Positions 22,401 through 34,400 of a DNA stretch of 44,131 nucleotides are shown in pieces. Under the pieces are notes generated by a model. That model saw only the letters and a program-made list of their open reading frames with translations, was not told where the DNA came from and searched no databases. This DNA is from a virus (taxonomy: Duplodnaviria; Caudoviricetes): the IMG/VR virus record IMGVR_UViG_3300042807_000378, positions 1-44,131 of that record; one strand, 5' to 3'. Positions within the stretch are counted from its first letter, which is position 1. Each line of letters opens with the position of its first letter. A program made the translations under genes and the position numbers.

Positions 22401-25400
22401 TCATATGGCCGAAGATGAGTCTAAAGACTGGAACGTCTACAAACTAGCATCTATTGGATCTAGAGTTTCATTTATAGAAAGCGCACCTGGTACTAACGAA
22501 GCTGTGTTGTTTACAGATAGAAGTTTATTTGCTTACTTAGACACAAACTTGATTGGTAACGATAATACATCTAAATACATGGATTATTATCTAACTCTTA
22601 AGAATGCAAACTTAAGTGATAGTGTTGTTATCTGGACTAACGAAACAATTATTCAACAGAAGAAGGCACTGATCAAAGACCCACAACCACCTAAGATGGT
22701 TGAAGCTAGAATTAAGAGTATTGGTCCTCACCCAGATAGTTTAGTCTCTATTACAAATATTTTACCTGTTTCTTCAAAGGTATACAGAGGTGCAACAGCA
22801 AGTGCATCCAGCCCAAGCAATGTTGTTACAATCTCAGGAGTTACTAATTCGGATATTAGAAACGGTGATGCTGTACAGCTAGTTGCAGGTGAATCTACAG
22901 ATTATACATTCAATGCTAATGTAACCTTTAACAGTGTAGGTAACGTAACTGTTGATAGTGCTAACATTACATTCGTAACAGCACCTAGCTTTGTAACATT
23001 ACTATGTGATGGTGATAGTACTGCTAACGGCAATATTTACTATGTTAAGAGTAAAAATGTTAGTGCAAGTACATTTGTAATTGAAAGTGATTACTTTGAG
23101 GATGCTAGTGTAGTAGCCGGTTTAGGTAATGTTCGCTATGTAACATCTACATTTGTTGATTATGGTAGCACATCAAATCATTATATAGCATCAAATGCTA
23201 CAACTAATTCCTTTACAATTGAGTTAAGCGGTGTTGCAGGCGGCATTGTTGATGTACGTCATATGAACTTAACTAAACTTGTAACAAGTTCAAATCATAG
23301 TCTAAGTCCTGGTGATGTTGTTAAGGTGTATGCTAATGCTTGGACTGGTGCGTATGCAATTACATCAGCACCTGAAGCAAATAGTATTATTATTTCTGCT
23401 CCTTACACTGTAGACGACAAGATTACAGGTACTCTTGTTAAGAGAGGTATGCAGATTAGAACAACTGATCCTCACGGCATTACTAAAAGCACCGTTGAAC
23501 TTAACAAGCGTGTTGCTGTACACTTTGCATCACCTAAAGTTTATAACAAAGTTTACAGAATAAGTTCAGTTGGCAGTGACACTATTAATGTATTAGATGA
23601 TTTTGCAGTTAACGATACAACGTCTGTGTATTTTGATGTTGCTAGTGGTTTTGCGAATAACACTTCAAATACATTTACTATCTCAAGACGCCCATTATTA
23701 CAGTCAACGACCGTACTTTATGCATCAAATACTCAACCTGTTATGGCAGGTGATTATTATATTGATGAGAATTTATCAAACACAACGATTACATTTAAGA
23801 ATAGAATTCTTAATGACGATGCTAATATATCAACAGGATTTGTTGTTATCAGAGAACCAATAGCACCAGACTTTAGATATCCTGTGCTAACAACAGTTGA
23901 CCACACTAAAGTAACGCTAAACAATTCTGTAGTTAACATTAGTAGTTACAATAATCCAAAAGGTATGATTGAAAGTATTAATCGTGCTATTAGATTAAGA
24001 AGATCGTCAGTTTCTCAGGACAGTAGTGGAAAACTTAATGTGTCATTTAATATGTTAAATGACTTTAAGACACCGGTAACTATTCCTAATACTGATATTA
24101 AAGCTAAGTCAGGTACCATCCATAATTATGGACCTTATGTACGTGATGAACAAGCATTAACAGAGTTAATAGGCTCAGCAAGTCCTGTAAAAGTTGCAGG
24201 AGAAATGAAAATTTCTGATGCAGTAGAGTTTGAACGTGATGATAAGTTTGACACAGGTCCAACTTATGTAGGACCACTCAAAGGTATGCGTTATACTGCA
24301 CCTGGCGGTGTAATATTTTATTGGGATCTAAAATTACGCAAGTACTTGCCTGTTTATGAAACAATCAGCAGTTCAGTTGCTCCTGGATTAGAGCGTGAAC
24401 TACTAACAGCTACTAGTGTAAGCGATGGTTCTGAACCAGCAACAAACGTAGCAGTCGATGATGGAAACAACAATATAGATGTTGAAGCACAAAAACCAAA
24501 GACACCACGTGGCCATGTTGACGGCGCAAAAGTTTTAATTATTGTTCCTGGTACAGCAGAATCTAATCCATCTGATCCTGCTACTAAGGCTGTGAAATGG
24601 TCTCAATATGATATGAGTGAGACTGTAGTATACGACACAGTCACATATCCACGTTGGAGGCTAAAGACTAGCGAAGTTTGGCAGTTTGAAGTCTATGAAG
24701 CAGTAGAAAATGATGCGGGAAATGTATACTACATTCTTGTAGATATTGTTCCTGCTGATCTAGCAATCACTTACGATTATTTTGCAACAGTAAGTGCTTA
24801 TAATAATTTTGAAGGTAGCATAACAGAAGATAGTTACTATGTAGTAGGAGGCACTGAGCAAAGTGCTGATGCTTCTATCGCATGGGATTCATCAAGAATA
24901 GATAAATCAAACAATTTTAATTATATAGACATAGCACCTGTTGAGCCTGCATTCTTTGTAGGCAAACAAATTATTCCTGAGCCATTTGCGATTAAAGGTG
25001 GCAACGGAACTAGCGGTGCAGCAAACTTTGTCTTTATGCCTAAGGATGTAGTTATTGGTAGCTCTACTATTAATAACGAAACAATTGTTTTAGTTACATC
25101 ACCTGGCCACAACTCATTCTTAATGTGGCAACCCGGTATCACACCAGGTAAGTGGGAGCCAACAGAGGCAGGCCCTGGTCTACTTGAAGGCTCAGGCGGT
25201 GCAGAAGTTGCTTGGGGGTACGGCAGAGGTTATTATTCAGCTGGTGATAACCATGTACCTGATTTTTGGAATACTGAAGATATCAACACTGCTAGTACCG
25301 AAGACGGATCTACATTTGTTACATTCCCTGACGTTACAAATCCTTATCCAGGGTATAGTGAAAAGGGTTGGAACACACGTCAACCAAGATTTAAATACAG

Positions 25401-28400
25401 CAAACAATTTAAAGTATTTCCTTTACAGTCATCAGATACTGAATTTGAGTATTTTGATCCTGCAAACGACAAACCCGGTGATGAAACAATTACAAAAGTT
25501 CGCCCAGAAGAAGTGTTTGTGGCGTGTTTCTGGACAGAACCCTATACTTATGTAAATCAGATGATTGGGTTTGATTATAATAACCCAGATAATGACGGTA
25601 ATCCAACACCTGTTTATAGCAATTACGAAGGCACTATTACTCGTGTTAAGTATATTCGTTTAACTGAGTTACCTGCGGATGCAGTATTACGCAGACCAAT
25701 TGCTGATACTGGTTGGGGCGGTGAAAAATGGAGAAACATCATCACTGATGATGTTATACTACCAGGTGAGACTGTTCCTGAAGGATATGCAAGTCCAGAA
25801 GGGTACGGATCATTTGCACCATACGTAACCTTAACAGGTGGTTCAACTGGTGAGGAAGATGAAGGTGCGACACCTACTGGATCAGCACCACGTCTTGCTG
25901 CACAACGCATTAGACAAATTGGTTTAGGTCAAGGGTTTGGTAGAGGTTCTCCACAGCCTTATAGTGCAGTTACATTAGTCGATGAAAAGAATCTAACACC
26001 TCCTGCTCCTGTATTAACCGGAGCCGTATTAGAAGGATTACCAAGTCGCTGCGATGTTCGCGCACCAAATCCTGTTCCACCTAAGAATACAATTGTTGGA
26101 CCATGTACTGTAAGACCAGTTGTTCCTAAGACAGGATTGTTAACTGAAAAAACAGATGCGGTTGGTGTTGACGAAGAACATATCATTAAAGTTCAGGGTA
26201 AGACACAGTTCTTATTAATATTTGACTTCTCATATGACGATGGCGCAGGTAATAAATCAGTAAACGGTATTACTATTGAACAATCTGATACAGCTGATTT
26301 TAGTTCAGGTGTAAAACGTTACATCATTGATACACAAGCAAATCTAGGATCTATTGGCGAAACTAATGGCGATCAGATCGGGCGTTACGGTTTTGATACA
26401 GTACCAGGATTAAACTCTATCATTTACAAACCAGCTGAAAATGCTCTAGGTGTGTTAACTCAGCGTGTAATTGATAATCCTTTAAACAAATTTAACACTA
26501 CAGCTGGAAGAACTATCGCTGCAACAGCAACTAATGCTACTACTGGTAAAGTACTTGGTGTTAGCGGTTTTGGTTTCTTAAGCAAAACTATAGACTGCTC
26601 ACAAGGTCAGTATATTAGAATTACTGTATCTAAAGGCAGTGCAAACAAAACAGGCAAGTATGCATTATTTGTAAGATACTTTACTGATGCACCAAGTGAA
26701 GTTGAACAGGCACTTAACGAAATTTCTGTAGAAGCATGTAACGAATCAGGTTCGCGTGCATACAAAGAAGGTGGGCTAGTTACAGGTTATACTTGGCAAA
26801 AGAGTAGCGGAAAATCAATTTTCAAACAAGTATTAGGTGCAGTTGAAGGCGTTGCAAAAACAGCACTAGAAGGTGCTGTAGGATTCGTAGCAGGCGCAGG
26901 TGTTGGCATAGGTGTTGCATCCGCACTTGCACTTAGCGCAACTGGTGTTGGTGCTATCGTTGTTCTCGGTGCAGCATTCCTTGGCGCTATTGGTAGTATC
27001 CTTGGCGGTCTATTTGGCAAGAAGAAGAAAGGCCAAGGCGCCGGTTACTTTGGTTCATGGAAGAAGAAAACTTCAACTTTTGGTGTAAATGAAGATAACA
27101 TTTACTTCCCGTATAGTCGCCCAACGCAGGGAATGATCAGCGGTGGTGTTGACAGTAACGCATATGTTGGCGGCGGAGCCAAGCAACTTGATAGCTTTAA
27201 GCTCGCTGTTCTTCAGGGCGGCCAGGTCGCTGAATATAGTACAGTAGAATTTAAAGGTTACTTCCTTGCTCCTAAATCAGGTACCTACAACTTTACAATG
27301 GAGTCAGATGACGGTTCATGGTTATGGGTATCACCAGAAGATGACTTATCAGGCGAAGAATATTATAAATCAGATGGCGACCATCCTGAGCTCGGAGAAC
27401 GAAACTATACATGGCAAAATGCTATAGTTAAAAACGGCGGCCTACACGCCAATAAATCAGCTAGCGGCAGCATTTATCTAAAAGGCGGCAAATTATATTT
27501 CGTCCGCGGTATTTACGGTAACGGTGAAAAAGACGGTAACTTTAGTGTTAGTATCGCAGGCCCCGGATATAACGGCCCACTACAGTTTGGAAGCCGTAGC
27601 TGTCCAGAAGATGATTGCGGTAAGTTCCGTGCAGGAGAAATGAAGGATCTTGATCCTGTAATGAAGGCTGTGATGGAAAAATTATGCCCCGATACATCAA
27701 CATTTAATCCTGTTACACCTGGATCTACAAATGGTACTGGAGTACAAGCATCCACAGACTATTATACCTACGGAAACTATAATGTATCCGGTGACATGTA
27801 TGGCGGCGGCAAAGGTTGGCTAGATTTCCAGAATATGCAAGTTAACTTCTCAGGTTTCAGTCAGCCAGGCTTAACTGGTTATAACTTTATGCCAGCTAGC
27901 TTTAAGAAGCCAACTAGTAAGAAGGTTGTTGATCCTCAGAAATACGGTTATTCTGAATCATTAGAAAACGGTCGTTATGTTAACGCAACAAGCCAGCGTG
28001 TAACAGGTGGTTTCACTATTCCTCTAGCTAAGAAGTTAACAGTAGCATCAAGAGTACCAACACCATTAAGAAGTTATGAGATTGTTGATCAACCATGGTA
28101 CAGACCAAATACTAAGACATTAGGCGATTTAAATCAAACATTACGTAATATTAATTATGCTCCTAAGAAAATTAGTAATTCGATCACATTGAATGGTGTA
28201 CCTGTAAACAATATTACTACTGATGCAAATTCTGTAAATGGCGACAACAGTGTAACAATTACTACACTAAATGAAATTCCTGCTACAGTTGCAAGTAATA
28301 CTAATGATGTTGTAATTGAGCTAGGTCCTACAGCTGAAGTTCCTGTTCAAGATGCTCAGTTAGATAATACTAATATTACCTTTACAAAGGTACCAACTAT

Positions 28401-31400
28401 TAATATTACACCTCTAGCATATGGTCCTAACGGTGAGTTTGTACCAGCTGGTCCAACCGCTGTTGCAAATATCTTTAGACCAACACCGCAGGTAAAAATT
28501 GATGCAAACGATCTAAGAACAGTTGCACCTGGTAGCGAGCTGTTTATGAGCGCTAACGGAACAACTGGTGCAAGATTGCTTTTTGTTCCTGGCACAACAC
28601 CACGCGATATTGCTAGCCAAATTAAATGTAACCAATCCGGTCTAGATGCCAACGTACAAGTAAATGCAGACGGAACTGAAAGTCTAATCGTTAGATCATG
28701 TAGCGATAATGCAATTGCTATTAAAAATGGCTGCGGCGGCGGAACATTAAAGCGTGTAGGTGACTTCCACGTTGTAAGAGGTTTTGAACAAACAGTTACC
28801 ACTACGAATACTGAAAGTTGTTCATCTAACGCAACTGTGCTGTCACCTTCATCTGGATATGGTAATGCTAGCTCTATTCAAACGCCTGTAGTTAGTTATA
28901 CATTGTATGATTGTGGTGGAAACTCTACGATATTTGTTCCTGACTCTGAAATAGATACCGAAACTGGAGCTGTACTACCAAGTAAAACTTCAACTACAAC
29001 TACAAGTTCAACATACATGAGTGGTGGTAGTGGATATAAGATCGGTGATAGACTACGCTTACTTGGTGGTACACCTACAAATAATACTCGCGGCCCTATT
29101 GGCAGCGTGTGTATAAACTCTGCTGGTGCTGGTTATAACAATCCTGCTAACTTAAGAATTAGTTTTGGTGGAGACAACAGTCCAGGTACTGGTGCAGCAG
29201 CAGAAGTAACCAGCATCGATGAAACAAATGGTTCGATTACTGGTATTAGAATGCTTAACTATGGTGTAGGATATGATGTTAAAAATCCTCCAACAGTAAC
29301 AATTACTGATATTAGTCCACGCGGACCTACTGCATATCTCACAGTTGACGCTGCTAATTTAGAAGGGTTAACCTACTATTATAACGATATTATTGAAGTT
29401 CAAAATCATTCGCAGATTGACACAACTACTATTGGTTCAGGATCAACATTCTATCGTGTTGTAGCAGATAACATTGTATTAGGTGCAGTTACAACTATCG
29501 ATACTGCTAATATTAGTAATTTTGAATATACCGAATTGCTCGACGAAGTTGGTGCGCTAACAGTTGAAGTATCTAATGCATCATTAATCAGCGGCAAGAT
29601 CGTTGAAGGTGGCGTCATTACTCTACTAGTAACAGGTGACGGCACCGCTGCTGGTAATACTGCACAAAATTATTTAGATAATGTAGCATTTACTGTAGAA
29701 AGTGTTAGCGGCGAAACAATTACTATTAAAGACTCTTACTTTAATGCTAATGTAGTTTCAAACATTAGTGTACTAGAATTTAGTCTAAGAGAACCGATTG
29801 AAAGTGCTGTTGCTACAGGTGCATTAAGAAAAATTGCGGATCAACGTATGCCACTAGTACCTGCAGAAATAACTGCTAGAGTTGGTGTTGTTGATAGAGA
29901 TAATCCTCTAGCTGATCCTACTGATAGAGATACAAACCCTAACGGAACTCCTACAGAATTTGCATTCATCAAAGGATACAAGTCATTAGCAGGTCCATTA
30001 CGTGTAGCTAAGTTCATTGTTACCGGTGTTGACGGCAACGGGGCTATTACAAGTCTACGAGTTATTGACAGAGGATTATACAAAGTATTCCCAGCAGACT
30101 TAACACAAGGTATTCCACTAGAATACGACTACGACTTCTTAGGTTCACCTAGCTGGATTAACAGTAATAATTTAGGTGTAATAGATCCTTCAGATCCAAA
30201 TAATACTGCTTATGGTACAGGGCATCCTGAATACGGCACACCAACTAACAATGTAGATCCGTTCTATCAAGGAAAACATCCTAATATCATTACAAGAAGT
30301 GACGGCACAGAAATACGTGCTCAGTACCCAGAATTTAAGTGGGATCCAAAAACCGACACTTGGGTGTCTTATACAGGTTCACCCGGTGCATATGACCCAC
30401 AAACATCTGTGTTAATAGATGGAGAGTATCTACCTAAGCAGTACGACATTGTGTTCGATCCTCTAGATCCGGATGTCACACAGACATTTGGTACATACAG
30501 ACAACCTTTGCGTGTTGCGGGCGGTACTGGTGCTAGAGTATTCTTAACAGCAGAAGAAGTACCTGATTGCTCTGAAAAAGGTCGTGCTAAAGAAGATTTA
30601 GGCTTGCCAGATCAGATCGCAGATATCAATGTACCTGAAGCACTTGCAGATGCATTAAACAATGCGCTTGCAGGAGCAGGATACCTACCAGAAGATATTT
30701 CGTTTAAGCCTGTACCAGTTGCTCCCGGTGTCGGTAAACTAAATCTATCAACAGGTTACCCAAGTGTTAATATTGATACTAACACACCAGGTTTCCCTGA
30801 AAAATTAGGTATCGAACTAGGTGACTATAATACCGGTATGCTTTGTATTGAAGCAGAATTCGTAGAACCTAATATGTCTGATAGCAAACTAGCTACAGAA
30901 TATGAAAAGCTATACGAATCAGGACCGTTTGGTTTATTATCACAAGAAGATGTAGCCAAGTATACTACTACTGAAGCTCTTGCAGCTCAAGCTGCTCCTC
31001 CAACTATTATGTCATTGCTTTGCGTAGACGCAATTAAAACAGATGGCCCGATTGAACCAAATCCTGACAAGTTTATTTCAAAATTTGACAGATTTAATCC
31101 TACATTATTAGCGTCCGATGGCTTTGGCGCAGACGGCGGCGTAACTTATGTAAGCGAATATTATAAGTATGACATTAGAAATATCTTTGGTAGCACAGTA
31201 ACTCTACAAGGAAAGAACCAGCAGAATGTAAATGTGTATGTATTCGAAAGCCAGCGTTACGAAACTGTAGACGATTACAACGAGAATAAACTTTATATCT
31301 CTGGTTTAGAGCAAGAAAACAATGAACTGCCAAACGTATGGATCGACAGTTATAGTAACCAAGATCCTGCCAATATATCAATGCCAGATTTTATTGATGG

Positions 31401-34400
31401 CGGCTGGGCATATTTAGAAGATGGCGTACCACAGCGTTGGCAGACACCTATGGTTGATGTTAACTATGTTAAGAATGCCTTAATGTATGATCCTAACACT
31501 GGCAATAAGACGGTACAATTTGACCTATGGGATCCGTTCAAGGGTGTACTACCAGGATTTATCGCTAACGAAATTCATTACATTAATGAAAACGACCCAG
31601 TAAACTATAACAATGCTCGTACACGATTTGGTGTAAACAACGTTGGCAAAGTATGGTGGGATACAAGTTCAGTTAAGTATATGTGGTACGAACAAGGTTC
31701 AAACCGTGAGCGTTGGGTAAACTGGGGTCGTACATTCCCTGGAAGTGCAATTACAATTTGCGAATGGGTAGAAAGTAAGGCGCTTCCACAGAATTGGAAC
31801 GGTAACGGTACACCAAGATGGCCAGACAAGTATATTGCTGAAAGACGTATTGATCCAGAAACAGGCAAGTATGTAACTTATTACTATTATTGGGTACAAA
31901 ATAGAACTGTAGTTGATAATAGAATTAAGCGCAGTCTAGGTCGTCAGTTCGATACCGAAACACTTGCACGTTATATTGCTAACCCAGTTGGTTACGGACT
32001 AACAATGGCTAGCTTTATTAGCAACGAAAGTTTTGTGTTACATAATGTTTCCTCTCACATGAGAGAAGAAAATGTGATACAGATTAATGTAAGCAGAAAC
32101 ACAACAAGTGACGGTATTAAACATACTGCTTGGAAACTTGTTCGTGAAAATGACAATAACAGCATTGTTCCTGAACACATTAGCGAAAAACTAATTGATA
32201 GTTTATGCGGAGTAAACGCTATTGGTCAAATAGTTCCAGATCCTATACTAAGTGAAGTAGAACGCTATGGCATTGCCTTCCGCCCGAGACAAACACTGTT
32301 TAAGGATCTTAAAGCTGCACGTAGAACATTCCGTTCAGTAGTTAATGAATTATTACGTGACCTAAAACTTGAAACGCAGTATTCTACTTGGAGTAGTACA
32401 CTACCAGATACACTTCGTCATTTAGAACGTGTAAACTGGTACGAAGTTGAACGAATTGACAACTATAGTAACACTAAAATTAGATACGATAGCAGTTATA
32501 AGCCAATCTTCAACGTAGGTAGTGTAGGTGAATTATACACACTTAAAAATCTTCCAGATGGTGCAGTAATTCAAGTTAAGTCGTCAACATCTGATAGACC
32601 TCAACTTTGGATGTTTATTGCAGCTAGTAACGACTTTAAATTAATTAGTATTAAGAATGAGACCTTACAAGTTAACCGTTCGATTATAACTGCGGCTATC
32701 TCAACTACAATAGAATATGAATTACGTATCTTAATGAATATCTTGAGAGATCCTATCTTCAATGATATTGGACTCTGGAACAAAGTATTCTTTGAGATGT
32801 TGAAATATGCTTCAGCAGAACAACCACAGTTAAACTGGGCATTTAAGACTTCATACTTGTATATTGAGAAAGACGAGGAAGATTTAATTCCAACAGTAGG
32901 TTTCAAGCCTGATAACTTTGCTCGTATTATCGAATACATGAACGAAGTTAAACCGTTCACTGCTAAGATTCGTGAATACAGAGACGGTAAACGACCACCA
33001 ATTGAAACTATTGGTGCAACAATGGTCAGCGACTTTGACAAGCCGCCATATATCGATCGTGAGTTAGGCATAGTTCGTGTTCTAGATGACTTTAGTCAAA
33101 ATGATGCTAACATCATGTTCTTTGATAATGCTTATAGTAATTACTTCAGCATTACCAATAAGGGCGAAAGCGTATTTAGACATAACAATACCACACTGGT
33201 ATTTGATAGAACTAACTATCAGCTGACACAATTTGGACATAATGCAAGTACAACACCGATTAACTTAAGCATTGCTAGAAACATTGCTAACTTGAATCAA
33301 ATGACAGAAGCACAGATTACTGCTAATGCTCAGATGAGAGCAATTGACAGAATATTCAAATTTGATTCTGAGGTTAGATTTGCGTTCGCTGCTGAAGTTA
33401 GCTCGCACTATAATGATATCACAGCAGGTTCTAACACCAGCATTACAACCAATGCTACTATGCTGTACAATATCATTAATTCAGGTAACTTAGCAGTAAC
33501 ACTTGATTTAGTAAAAGAAAAAGTTGGCGGCGGCTGGAGAGGCGAAACTATTGATGCTAATGTGTTTAGCAAAGTAGTTGCTGGTTTAGATCCAACAGAC
33601 AACTTCTTAACTAACTTTGGTTGGGATACAGATCCTTGGGATGCACATGCATTTGATAGAACTGTTGAAGTAAATAACTACGAAGGTATCTTTAGCGAAC
33701 TAACACAGGGTAACATTACTCTAAGACGTAACAACGAAACCTACGAAGGCTTTGATGGTGCAACGTTCAAGAAGATTCTCTACGGTGAAGAGCGTCCCGA
33801 AGAAATGGCTCTCCTTGATCCGCTAGAAAGTCTAATTATTGATGTTTACACAAGTCCATATGCTGACGGCAATACAAGCACTGCACCGGTATCACCAGAT
33901 GCTGTCGCAGTTAAGTACAGAATGCACCAAAACTTATTTGGTGATACAGAGTTCATTAGAATTTCATCTAATAATACTGCAACAATAACATCAAATGTGC
34001 ATACATACTCAACTGAAATTACAGTTGATGATGCCAGCATATTCCAAACACCTCGCCCAGGTGACCCAGGTGTTATCTGGATTGGTACAGAACGTGTTCT
34101 CTACGAACGTAAAGACGGCAACACATTTAGTCAGCTAACCAGAGGTAGTGCAGGTACTAGCGTACAAGATCACTTAATTAAGGATATCTACGGAAATGAT
34201 GTAACAATTACTGTAATAGAAGGTTCTGAAGAAGAAACATTTAACAGACTAGATACTAATCGTGCTGTATGGTTAGAAATTGGTTCTGAATTCTATACAT
34301 ACGAAACATACAGTGTTTCAAATGTAGCATATGCTGATGTAGAATATGCAGATACTAATGCAAACGCCACAATAGCAACAGTAGGTACAAATCAACTAAC

